Shown here: positions 34,706-43,470 of the stretch, piece after piece
Position numbering within the stretch: the first letter of the stretch is position 1
How the letters are laid out: each line of letters opens with the position of its first letter
Assembly: GCA_028716725.1 (NCBI GenBank)
Contig: JAQUPG010000003.1
Span: forward strand, 11,512-75,511
Source: Patescibacteria group bacterium
Lineage (GTDB): Bacteria > Patescibacteriota > Patescibacteriia > Patescibacteriales > JAQTRU01
Reading direction: 5' to 3'
DNA: 64,000 nucleotides
Program-made: the position numbers and the translations under genes
Notes under the pieces: generated by a model
What the model was told of the DNA's origin: nothing
The model's input: the letters and a program-made list of their open reading frames with translations, nothing else
The model's database searches: none

Positions 34706-34863
34706 TCCCGCCTCAATGCCGAGAAATAATTATCCCTCGGAAAATTTTAGATTTACAATTTTATGGTGCCTGGGGTGAGAATTGGACTCACGACACAAGG
34801 ATTTTCAGTCCTTTGCTCTACCACTGAGCTACCCAGGCCTTTTTACTCGGCATTGGAGCGGGA
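34706..34863 (-). mobile_element. 158-bp unit bounded by 18-bp inverted repeats and carrying the intact tRNA-Phe
   Basis: tcccgcctcaatgccgag (34706-34723) against ctcggcattggagcggga (34846-34863), 16/18 complementary. Confidence 0.4.
34764..34838 (-). tRNA. tRNA-Phe(GAA), CCA encoded, atypical T-loop TCCAATT
   Basis: The reverse complement reads GCCTGGG-TA-GCTC-AGTGGTA-GAGC-A-AAGGA-CTGAAAA-TCCTT-GTGTC-GTGAG-TCCAATT-CTCAC-CCCAGGC-A-CCA. Confidence 0.85.
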
Positions 34864-34955
34864 CTCTACCACTGAGCTACCGAGGCCCTAAAAATGCAAA
34901 ATTATTGTGAAAATTAATTCGTCGCTAACCGAGTTGTTAATTTTTAATTTCTATG

Positions 34956-35028
34956 TTGCGGGGGTCGGATTCGAACCGACGACCTCCAGGTTATGGGCCT
35001 GGCGAGCTGCCAGCTGCTCTACCCCGCG
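34956..35028 (-). tRNA. Initiator tRNA-fMet(CAT)
   Basis: The reverse complement reads CGCGGGG...CCAGG-CCCATAA-CCTGG...CCCCGCA-A. It has the C1xA72 mismatch and A11:U24. Position 33 is C. Confidence 0.8.
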
Positions 35029-35107
35029 ACGTATTCAATTAATAATTACGAATTATCAATTACGAACTTGAAGCTCTATTCATAACTCGTAATTGTTAAT
35101 TGATTTG

Positions 35108-35181
35108 TGGGCGTACATGGACTCGAACCATGGACCTCGTCCTTATCAGGGACGCGCTCTAGCCAACTGAGCTATACGCCC
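35108..35181 (-). tRNA. tRNA-Ile(GAT)
   Basis: The reverse complement reads GGGCGTA..CGTCC-CTGATAA-GGACG..CATGGTTCGAGTCCATG-TACGCCC-A. Confidence 0.9.
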
Positions 35182-35373
35182 ATACCCCCAATATCAATAT
35201 ACCATTTTTGCCAAAAAACAAGAAAAAGCTCTCTTTAAAAGCTCGATAATAATATAACAGAGAAAAAACAAAAAGGCAAGGGTTAGAAAAAATATTTTCT
35301 ATTTGCCCCCAACCTTTAAATTATCCTCTCTCTCTGATATAATAAATAGTATAAAAATCATTTTAAAAAATAT

Positions 35374-36306
35374 ATGGGAAAAATAAAACCGGAAATCCGC
35401 AAGTCCTACCTTCTGGATAAATACGTAATTATAACCCCGAATCGGGCTGACCGGCCGCGGGACATAAAAGAAGAAACAATCGTAAAGAGGGTAAAATCCT
35501 GCTTTTTTTGTCCAAAAAATATTAACCAGGCTAATGTTGTCGACCGGCTCCCGGCCTCAGGCAACTCCAAAAATTGGCAGGTTTTAGCTATAAAAAACAT
35601 CTTCCCGGCCGTAGAGATATCTAATAAAAAAGCTTACGGTCAGCAGGAAGTAATAATAGAAACTCCAATCCATACAAGACAACTGGCTGACTTAACTGAA
35701 AACCAAATCGCCGAAGTCCTTAGAATGTATATCCGCCGGACCGAGACCATAGCGAAAAATAAAAAAATAAAATACATTCTGTGCTTTAAAAACCAGGGTT
35801 CAAAAGCCGGAGCTTCAATTATCCATGCCCACTCGCAAATATTTGCCACCGCGATAATTCCGCCGGAGCTGGCGGAAGAGGAAAGGGCGGTAAAAAATTA
35901 CCGGGCTAAAACCGGCCACTGTCCTTATTGCGATATCATTAAAAAAGAAATAAGGGGAAAAAGAAAAATCTTTGCCGATAAATTCATTGCCGCTTTCGCC
36001 CCTTACGCCAGCGAATATCATTATGAAGCCTGGATTTTCCCCAAAAGGCACCTTGATAATATCACCCTGCTTAATGCGGATGAAATTAAATCCTTGGCTA
36101 AAGCCCTAAAAATGATTTTGACAAAAATGAAATCTTTAAATTTATCTTTTAATTACTTTCTCCATAATTCCGTTTTTGATAAAAGCCAGCACCTTTATTT
36201 AAAAATCCAGCCGCGGGACAGCGTTTGGGCCGGAGTGGAATTGGGTTCTGGCATTGTTATAAATTCCGTTTCTCCGGAAGAAGCCGCTAAATATTTAAAA
36301 AGTTAA
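35374..36306 (+). CDS. galT: Galactose-1-phosphate uridylyltransferase-like HIT-superfamily enzyme
   Basis: Zn-site C..C (KSCFFCP) and the active-site HAHSQ motif. Confidence 0.75.
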   Translation: MGKIKPEIRKSYLLDKYVIITPNRADRPRDIKEETIVKRVKSCFFCPKNINQANVVDRLPASGNSKNWQVLAIKNIFPAVEISNKKAYGQQEVIIETPIHTRQLADLTENQIAEVLRMYIRRTETIAKNKKIKYILCFKNQGSKAGASIIHAHSQIFATAIIPPELAEEERAVKNYRAKTGHCPYCDIIKKEIRGKRKIFADKFIAAFAPYASEYHYEAWIFPKRHLDNITLLNADEIKSLAKALKMILTKMKSLNLSFNYFLHNSVFDKSQHLYLKIQPRDSVWAGVELGSGIVINSVSPEEAAKYLKS

Positions 36307-36351
36307 ATACCATAAATTTTAGATTTACCCTTTTAATTTTTACTTTTAATT

Positions 36352-39285
36352 ATGCCTATCCCCCAGCTTTCTTATTCAAATAAAAACCGGCCTTCCTGGC
36401 GCGGACAAAAAAAGAAATATTACCTCTCTAAAAAGAAAGGCAGTTTTAGAATCGGCTCAAGCTCTCAAAAACCGAAATCTAATTTTAAGAATAAAAATTT
36501 CGGCGGCCTTGTCTGGGCCGTGCTCTCTAACCGGAAAGTCCTTAAATTTTTAACTCTCTTTATTTTAGCCGCCATAATTTTTGGAATGATTTTCGTCGCC
36601 TGGGTTTCGCGGGGCCTGCCCGACCCGAACAAGCTTATGGAAAGGCAGGTCGCTCAAAGCACAAAAATTTATGACCGTACCGGCGAAACTATTCTTTACG
36701 AAATTCACGGCGAAGAAAAAAGAACTCTGGTAAATCTAAACGAGATTCCCGACTACGTAAAATGGGCAACTATTGCCGTGGAGGATAAAAATTTTTACAA
36801 ACACGGGGGAATAAGCCTCTGGAGCATCTTCCGGGGCGTGGTCTGGCAGACCCTGCAGGGCAAGCGCGCCCAAGGCGGCTCAACCTTAACCCAGCAATTC
36901 GTTAAAAACGCCATTCTCACGCCGGAACGGACAATAACACGCAAAATAAGGGAATGGATCCTTTCTTACCAGATTGAAAAAAAATTCAGAAAAGACGAAA
37001 TTCTCCAGATGTATTTTAACGAAATCCCTTACGGCTCTACCGCCTATGGGGTAGAGGCGGCCAGCCAAAAATATTTCGGCAAAAGCGTTAAAGATATTAA
37101 TCTGGCCGAAGCCGCTATCTTAGCCGCCCTGCCCCAGGCTCCCAGCCGCTATTCTCCCTATGGTTCCAATTTAGACATCCTGATCCAGCGCCAGCATTAC
37201 ATCTTGGACTTAATGAAAGAGCAGGGCTATGTTCCGGAAGCCAAAGCCGAGGCCGCCAAACAATTTAAACTTGAATTTAAAAAACAGACGGAAAACATAA
37301 CGGCTCCGCATTTCGTCATGTATATAAAAGAAATGCTGTCGGAAAAATATGGAGAAAAGATGATAGAGCAGGAAGGTTTAAAAATTTATACTACTCTTGA
37401 CCTATACAAACAAAAAATAGCCGAGGAGGTTATAACGGCCCAGGCGGAAAAAAATGAAAAAAATTATAATGCCAGCAATGCTGCTTTAGTTTCAATTGAC
37501 CCGAAAACCGGGCAGATTTTAGCCATGGTCGGCTCGCGTGATTATTTCAACGACGAGATTGACGGCCAGGTGAATGTTACAACCAGCTTGCGCCAGCCCG
37601 GTTCTTCCTTAAAGCCACTGGTTTACTCCGCCGCCTTCATAAAAGGCTATACTCCGGACACAGTTCTTTATGATGTGGTCACTAATTTTTCCAGCGATCC
37701 GGACAACCCTTACGAACCGCACAATTATGACAGCCGGGAACACGGGCCGGTGACGATGAAAAAGGCTTTGGCCGGGTCCCTCAACATTCCGGCGGTTAAA
37801 ACAATTTATTTGGCCGGCATAGATAATGTTTTAAATCTTGCTTCTGATTTCGGCTATACCTCCCTCTCGGACCGGGACCGCTTTGGCTTGTCTTTAGTTT
37901 TGGGGGGCGGCGAAGTAAAACTGCTTGAGCATACTAACGCTTACGGCGTTTTTGCCAGGGAAGGTCTTATTAATCCGGTTGCGGCAATTTTAAAAATAGA
38001 AGACAAAAACGGCAAGGTGATTGAAGAATTCAAGCAACCGGAAGAAAAAAGGGTCCTGGATCCGAAAATTGCCAGAATGATAAATGGCGTCCTGTCCGAC
38101 AACAGCGCCCGTGCTTATATTTTTGGCGAAAGCAACTGGCTGACCCTTGGTTCACGCCCAGTCGGAGCCAAAACCGGCACCACCAATGATTATCATGACG
38201 CCTGGACAATCGGATACACTCCTTCAATCGTAACCGGCGTCTGGGTGGGCAACAGCGACAACACGGCGATGAAGAGAGGGGCGGACGGCAGCGTCGTGGC
38301 CGCGCCCATCTGGCATGATTTTATGCAGAAAGTTTTGGGCGATACGCCGGTGGAAGAATTCAAGCCGGCCGAGATAGAAAAAACCGGCAAACCGGTCCTG
38401 GACGGAGAAATCGGGGACGGGGAAAAAGTAAAAATCGATCTTGCCTCCGGGCTTCTGGCCACTCCCTACACGCCGGAAAGCTTTATTAAGGAAATAACCT
38501 ACAGGCAGGACCATTGCCTTCTTTATTATGTTAATAAAGACGACCCACGGGGCCCGGCGCCGAAAAACCCGGGCAGCGACCCGCAATTTGAGCTTTGGGA
38601 AAGCCAGGTGCTGGCCTGGGCCAAAGCTTCTTCCACAGTAGCCGCTGCCCCGCCGACCGAATATGACAGTCTCCATAAGCCGGAAAACCGCCCGGAATTT
38701 CAGATTCTTTCTCCGGGAAATAATGAAACTATCATGGATCCCCTGCTTACGGCCAGGATAAAAGCTTCGGCTCCGCGCGGAGTCAATAGGGCCGAATACT
38801 ATATTGATAATAATTTAATAATAAATAATAATATCTTCCCCTTTAGTTTGGAAAAAAATATCAGTTTCTTAAACAACGGCTTCCATAACTTAAAAGTAAG
38901 AATCTGCGATGACATTGATAATTGTTCTGAACAGTCTCTGGAATTTAACCTGATTTTAGATGAAAAAACCGGAGCCAAGGGAGACATTACTATTTCCTGG
39001 CTTGAACCAGCGGATAATTCCGCTCTTACTAACGCCGGCTTCCCGGTTAATCTTAAAATGCATACAAGCAATCCCGACCAGACCGCCAGAATTGATATAT
39101 TTTTAGTGGGAGAAGACGGCAGTCCCGCTCTTATAACCAGCCTTCAGCCGATTGTTGGCGAAACCGCTTCGGGCAGCTGGAAGAATCTTCCTGTTTCCGG
39201 CACTTACAAATTATATGGCCAGGCCCGTTCCTGGAGCGGCCAAACTAAAAAAAGCGGAGAAATTACGGTCACGGTCAGCAACTAA
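36352..39285 (+). CDS. Class A penicillin-binding protein (transglycosylase/transpeptidase) with a C-terminal beta-rich extension
   Basis: GT51 motifs (AVEDKNFYKHGGI, RKIREW), transpeptidase SSLKP, SLN and KTGTT motifs, and a ~230-aa extra C-terminus. Confidence 0.9.
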   Translation: MPIPQLSYSNKNRPSWRGQKKKYYLSKKKGSFRIGSSSQKPKSNFKNKNFGGLVWAVLSNRKVLKFLTLFILAAIIFGMIFVAWVSRGLPDPNKLMERQVAQSTKIYDRTGETILYEIHGEEKRTLVNLNEIPDYVKWATIAVEDKNFYKHGGISLWSIFRGVVWQTLQGKRAQGGSTLTQQFVKNAILTPERTITRKIREWILSYQIEKKFRKDEILQMYFNEIPYGSTAYGVEAASQKYFGKSVKDINLAEAAILAALPQAPSRYSPYGSNLDILIQRQHYILDLMKEQGYVPEAKAEAAKQFKLEFKKQTENITAPHFVMYIKEMLSEKYGEKMIEQEGLKIYTTLDLYKQKIAEEVITAQAEKNEKNYNASNAALVSIDPKTGQILAMVGSRDYFNDEIDGQVNVTTSLRQPGSSLKPLVYSAAFIKGYTPDTVLYDVVTNFSSDPDNPYEPHNYDSREHGPVTMKKALAGSLNIPAVKTIYLAGIDNVLNLASDFGYTSLSDRDRFGLSLVLGGGEVKLLEHTNAYGVFAREGLINPVAAILKIEDKNGKVIEEFKQPEEKRVLDPKIARMINGVLSDNSARAYIFGESNWLTLGSRPVGAKTGTTNDYHDAWTIGYTPSIVTGVWVGNSDNTAMKRGADGSVVAAPIWHDFMQKVLGDTPVEEFKPAEIEKTGKPVLDGEIGDGEKVKIDLASGLLATPYTPESFIKEITYRQDHCLLYYVNKDDPRGPAPKNPGSDPQFELWESQVLAWAKASSTVAAAPPTEYDSLHKPENRPEFQILSPGNNETIMDPLLTARIKASAPRGVNRAEYYIDNNLIINNNIFPFSLEKNISFLNNGFHNLKVRICDDIDNCSEQSLEFNLILDEKTGAKGDITISWLEPADNSALTNAGFPVNLKMHTSNPDQTARIDIFLVGEDGSPALITSLQPIVGETASGSWKNLPVSGTYKLYGQARSWSGQTKKSGEITVTVSN

Positions 39286-39381
39286 TTTTACCCCCTTGAT
39301 AAAGGCCCGTCTCGCCTATCGGCTTGCCGAGGCGGAGGGCTGGGGGATTTTCCCCGCTGCAAACTAACAAGACAAGGATAT

Positions 39382-39417
39382 AAAAAGAAGATGGGGTAAA
39401 ATCCCATCTTTTTTTTA
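39382..39417. terminator. Bidirectional intrinsic terminator
   Basis: AAAAAGAAGATGGGG-taaaat-CCCATCTTTTTTTTT between convergent PBP and dnaN. Confidence 0.8.
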
Positions 39418-39454
39418 TTCATTCTATTTGTTTAAATTCGTGTCATCCGCGTTT

Positions 39455-40588
39455 TTACTGTTTAATCGGCATAATAATATATAAATAATCCTTTTCCTTT
39501 TCCGGCTTTAGGAGGCAGGGGGTATTGTTGTCAATAATTTCTATTTTTATATTTTCACCATCAAGGTTATTAAGCCCGTCCAGCAAGTAGCGGTAATTTA
39601 TAACTACGCCATTATCCTCTCCGCGGCTGTCCGCGCTTAAACTGATAACGCTTTCTCCTGTCTGGTCTGAAGCGGAAGAAATTACCACCTGATTTTTGCC
39701 TTTGGGAAAATCCAAATTAACGTCGTTGATGCTGGTTTTTGAAAATAGAGATGAAGCCTTCACCGCCCTGATTAATTCTGCCCGATTAACTGAAGCTGTG
39801 GTTTTAGCTGCCGTCGGAATAATCTGCTTATAGTCCGGATATTGGCCCTCAATCAGGCGGGAAATAAGCTCGGTTGATTTAACGGTAAATAAAATCTGGT
39901 TATCGGAAATATAAAATTTTATTTCTTCATCATCTCCGCCCGTATCTCCGTTTTCTTTTAATCCGGAAAGTATTCTTATCAGTTCCAAGAGGGTGCGGGC
40001 CGGAATAATTATGTTCTGCTCCCCGTTATTATTTCCATTCTTTAGGCTAATTTCTTTTTCTGACAAGCGATAGCTGTCAGTCGCAGCTAAAGTTAATTTG
40101 TGGCCATGAAAACCGAAAAATACTCCGGAAAGTTCCATCCTCGTTTCCGAATTAGAAACGGCAAAAACCACTTGGGCCAGAGCTTTTTTAAATTCATCCA
40201 CCCGGGCGCTGTAATAATTATTCTTATCAACTGATGGAATTAAAGGATATTCATCGGCCGCCTGACCCTTGATTTTGGTCTTATAATTTTCGCATTCCAC
40301 CGCTAAACTGTTGTCCTTTTTCTCCACATCAACCTTTTTATTGGGAAGTAGGGCCACATAATCGGTTATTACTTTGGAGTCAACCGTAAAAGAACCCTCT
40401 TTTTCTATTTTCCCGCGCAAGTTGTGAACTATTCCTATTTCCAAATTCGTGCTTATCATTTTTATATTTCCGTCCCTGGCCTCTATCATAACGTTATTAA
40501 GAATGGGTAGGTTTATATTCTTGCCGGTTATATGGCTTACCATAAAAAGAGCCGAGTTTAAATTTTCCTTTAGGATAGAAAATTTCAT
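39455..40588 (-). CDS. dnaN: DNA polymerase III subunit beta (sliding clamp)
   Basis: 377 aa with a three-domain clamp pattern, immediately downstream of dnaA. Confidence 0.9.
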   Translation of the reverse strand: MKFSILKENLNSALFMVSHITGKNINLPILNNVMIEARDGNIKMISTNLEIGIVHNLRGKIEKEGSFTVDSKVITDYVALLPNKKVDVEKKDNSLAVECENYKTKIKGQAADEYPLIPSVDKNNYYSARVDEFKKALAQVVFAVSNSETRMELSGVFFGFHGHKLTLAATDSYRLSEKEISLKNGNNNGEQNIIIPARTLLELIRILSGLKENGDTGGDDEEIKFYISDNQILFTVKSTELISRLIEGQYPDYKQIIPTAAKTTASVNRAELIRAVKASSLFSKTSINDVNLDFPKGKNQVVISSASDQTGESVISLSADSRGEDNGVVINYRYLLDGLNNLDGENIKIEIIDNNTPCLLKPEKEKDYLYIIMPIKQ

Positions 40589-40839
40589 ATTTTTAGGAGA
40601 AGTTAATTATATATAAACTATATTTATATAAAAGGTAATAGTAATAGGGCGGTTGATAACTTAAGAGTTGGTGGTTGTTTTTGTGCTTTTGTTTTATTTT
40701 TATATAATTTTTTCCCTAATAAGCTGTTGATATTTTAGATAAAAATTGTGTTTAATTTCTGACCAGGCTGTGGGTAAAATATTTTTTTCTTTTCTTATTA
40801 ACAAGTCCTTAAGATAAGTTAAGGTTTTATCAACAGGAG
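40589..40839. other. Candidate oriC (dnaA-dnaN intergenic region)
   Basis: DnaA-box-like 9-mers: ggttgataa (40651-40659), tgttgatat (40726-40734), tgtgggtaa (40769-40777), ttatcaaca (40827-40835). An AT-rich tract lies at 40600-40645. Confidence 0.45.
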
Positions 40840-42204
40840 TTATAAACAGGTGTTGTAGAGAATTTGTTTTATTGATTCTATTTCCTGTTTTATTTTTTCA
40901 TTTTCTTTTTCTTTTACTTCCCTTAGGATTTTATTATAAGCATGCATGGCCGTAGTGTGATCCCGGCCGCCCAATTCATGGCCGATCGTCGGGTAAGAAG
41001 TGTTTGTTTCTTCGCGCATCAAAAAAATCGTAATCTGCCTCGGCCAAACCAGCTCTTTTCTTCTCCCCTTGCCGGTCAAATCCTTGGTGGTTAAATTATA
41101 AAATTTAGCCACCGCTTCTAAAATATCCTTGGGCGAAAGTGACCTTAATTGGAGATTGGTCATTAAATCGTTTAGAATTGCCTTAGTGGTGTCCAGGGTC
41201 GGAGTGGTATTGTTAAATTCATGATAAGCGATAATTCGGTTTAGGGCCCCCTCCAGCTCTCTGATGTTGTTGGAAATATTGTTGGCGATATAAGACAGGA
41301 TTTCTTCGTTTAAGGAATAATTTTTTTCCCGGCATTTTTTATCTAAAATCGCCAGCCTGGTTTCTACATTCGGCTGGATAATATCGGCAATCATGCCCCA
41401 CTCAAAGCGGGAGAGAAGCCTTTTTTCCATGGCCGGAATGGATTTTGGCGGCCGGTCCGAGGTAATGACTATCTGCTTGTTGGTTTGGTGGAGTTCGTTA
41501 AAAGTATGGAAAAATTCTTCCTGGGTCCCGTCCTTGCCGCCCATAAACTGGATATCATCAATTAAAAGCAGATCCACATTGCGGTAGCGGTCCTTGAATT
41601 CTTTAGCCCCGCCGCTTCTTACGGCCTGGATATAATCATTAGCGAATTTTTCGCTGGTGACGTAGAGAATTTTATCGGTTTTTTTAGAAACTTCATGGCC
41701 GATGGCCTGCAAAAGGTGGGTTTTGCCCAGACCGACCCCGCCGTAGATAAATAGGGGGTTATACGCCTTGCCCGGATTGGCGGCCACGGCCTGGCAGGCG
41801 GCATGGGCGAGCTCGTTCCCTTTGCCGACAATAAAATTTTCAAAGACATAGCGGGAGTTTAAGCTGAAGCGGTTATTAACGGCCGGTTCTTCGGTGGGGT
41901 TCTCATCTTTTTTTAATTTTATTTTTTTAAGGATGCTGTCAACCGAACTGGTTTTTTTCATTTCCACCTTATAAAATATTTTTTTAACTTTTTTATTGGT
42001 AATATTTTCCAGAGCTGTTGAAATTTCTTTATGGTATTTTTTTTCCAGCCAGGCTTTGGTAAAGGTGTTGGGCACGCAAATTATAACCTGCTCATCGTCA
42101 AACAGGGAAATAAAAGTGTTTTTGAACCAGGTAGTGAAGTTGGCTTTAGACAGGCTTAATTCTATTTCCCCCAAGACCGCCTGCCAGATTTGCTCGTTAT
42201 TCAT
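40840..42204 (-). CDS. dnaA: Chromosomal replication initiator DnaA
   Basis: The MNNEQIWQAVLGEIE N-terminus (ATG at 42204 preferred over 42327), Walker A GGVGLGKTHLLQAIGH, and a C-terminal DNA-binding domain. Confidence 0.95.
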   Translation of the reverse strand: MNNEQIWQAVLGEIELSLSKANFTTWFKNTFISLFDDEQVIICVPNTFTKAWLEKKYHKEISTALENITNKKVKKIFYKVEMKKTSSVDSILKKIKLKKDENPTEEPAVNNRFSLNSRYVFENFIVGKGNELAHAACQAVAANPGKAYNPLFIYGGVGLGKTHLLQAIGHEVSKKTDKILYVTSEKFANDYIQAVRSGGAKEFKDRYRNVDLLLIDDIQFMGGKDGTQEEFFHTFNELHQTNKQIVITSDRPPKSIPAMEKRLLSRFEWGMIADIIQPNVETRLAILDKKCREKNYSLNEEILSYIANNISNNIRELEGALNRIIAYHEFNNTTPTLDTTKAILNDLMTNLQLRSLSPKDILEAVAKFYNLTTKDLTGKGRRKELVWPRQITIFLMREETNTSYPTIGHELGGRDHTTAMHAYNKILREVKEKENEKIKQEIESIKQILYNTCL

Positions 42205-42602
42205 AAAATAGAGAGATGTTATTTGCCCCTCCTTTTTAACGGGGCATTTGATCGCCGCCAAAAATAGCGGAGGTTTGTTATGGAGATAATTATAACAGGT
42301 AAAATTTAATAAAGAAACCTTCGTCAATGTTTATAAAGTGTTGATAAGGAGTGGAAAAGCTAGGCAGAGCTTTTTCTCCCCTTTTGGGGGTGATTTCGGA
42401 GTTGACCAATGCCGGGAAACATGATATGTTAAGATAGTAATAAAAATATTTTAAAAAGGCAAGAGTCTAAATTTACCCCGCACCTTAGAGTGCCATCCGT
42501 TATTAGTCGCGGGGTGGCCGTAGAATTTAATAACCTTGCCGCAGGTGTTTACATCATAGTCAAGGTTGCGGGGCTTATTTAATAATTTATTTATTCGATA
42601 AT

Positions 42603-42740
42603 ATGCCGAAAAGAACTTATCAGCCAAATCGAAGAAGGGCCAAAAAGAAACATGGTTTTAGGAAGAGAATGGCCAGCAAGAGCGGGCGCAAGGTTTTGGC
42701 CAGGCGCCGGACAAAGAAAAGAAAGAAGCTTTCAAAATAA
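42603..42740 (+). CDS. rpmH: 50S ribosomal protein L34
   Basis: Below the ORF-track size cut-off. Hand translation: [45 protein letters not shown]. Confidence 0.9.
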   Translation: MPKRTYQPNRRRAKKKHGFRKRMASKSGRKVLARRRTKKRKKLSK

Positions 42741-42795
42741 TTTTTTTGAAAGCCCAAAAACCGCGCCAATTTTAAGATGGGAGCGGTTTCTGCTT

Positions 42796-43137
42796 ATGAT
42801 GAAGAAAGAGAACCAATTGAAAAAAGACAAGGAGTTTGACTGGGTTTTTAAAAACGGGCGTTCCGGCTTTGGTAAGTTTTTGGGGATAAAAGCCGCGGCC
42901 AACGGCTTAGGAGCAAGCCGTTTTGGCATTTTAGTAAGCAATAAGATAAGTAAAAATGCCGTTGAGCGGAATAAAATCAAGAGGCAGATAAGGGAAATGG
43001 TAAGATTGCAAATCCCCATAATTAAGCCGGGTTTTGATGTCGTAATTATTACTTTGCCGCTAATTTTAGGTAAAAGTTATCTGGAGGTGGAGAAAGAAAT
43101 CGGACGTAATTTTAAAAAGCTTGGCTTATACAGATAA
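42796..43137 (+). CDS. rnpA: Ribonuclease P protein component
   Basis: ..KEFDWVFKNGRS....LGIKAA......SRFGILVSNKISKNAVERNKIKRQIRE. The ATG at 42796 is used because the listed 42652 start overlaps rpmH. Confidence 0.85.
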   Translation: MMKKENQLKKDKEFDWVFKNGRSGFGKFLGIKAAANGLGASRFGILVSNKISKNAVERNKIKRQIREMVRLQIPIIKPGFDVVIITLPLILGKSYLEVEKEIGRNFKKLGLYR

Positions 43138-43138
43138 T

Positions 43139-43393
43139 ATGTGGAATTTTATATATTACCCCCGGTATGTGGCCGTAAAAATAATAAAAATATACCAGAA
43201 AACTTTGTCTTTTGACCACGGCCTGTTAAAAATTTTTAAGCCCTATGGCTATTGCCGTTTCCGGCCGACCTGCTCTGATTATGCGATTGCAGCTCTGGAG
43301 AAATATGGCTTTATTCGAGGCGGTTTTAAGGCCTTGTGGCGGGTAATGCGCTGCAACCCCTGGAACAAGGGCGGCTGGGACCCGCTTAAGTAG
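43139..43393 (+). CDS. yidD: Membrane protein insertion efficiency factor YidD
   Basis: YQK.LS.......CRF.PTCSDYA..A....G...G..L...R..RCNPW..GG.DP motif. Confidence 0.85.
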   Translation: MWNFIYYPRYVAVKIIKIYQKTLSFDHGLLKIFKPYGYCRFRPTCSDYAIAALEKYGFIRGGFKALWRVMRCNPWNKGGWDPLK

Positions 43394-43470
43394 AAAGTCA
43401 GAAAGTTATAAAGTCCATAAAGCCAGAGAAAACCTTTAACTTTATAAACTTTATAACTTTTAACTATTTT

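Larger units (their letters stand above)
34610..34886 (-). pseudogene. Interrupted tRNA-Phe(GAA)-like gene (outer copy) hosting an inner tRNA-Phe and a 40-nt hairpin insert
   Basis: The 5' part is GCCTCGGTAGCTCAGTGGTAGAG (34886-34864). The 3' part is GGACTGAAAAT[hairpin 34686-34647]CCTTGTGTCGTCAGTTCAATTCTGACCCGGGGCACCA (34697-34610). The acceptor halves pair. Confidence 0.6.

Noticed and set aside
34610-34887. Claiming a functional archaeal-type split or trans-spliced tRNA-Phe.
   Set aside because: The genomic context is clearly bacterial and I could not draw a bulge-helix-bulge motif. Paper splicing leaves a defective anticodon stem. It is reported as an interrupted gene with this geometry noted, not as a functional split tRNA.
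42652-42795. The long N-terminal extension of rnpA given by the ORF track (start at 42652).
   Set aside because: The extension overlaps rpmH (42603-42740) in another frame and has an Arg/Gly/Trp-rich nonsense composition. The conserved RnpA sequence starts at the ATG at 42796.
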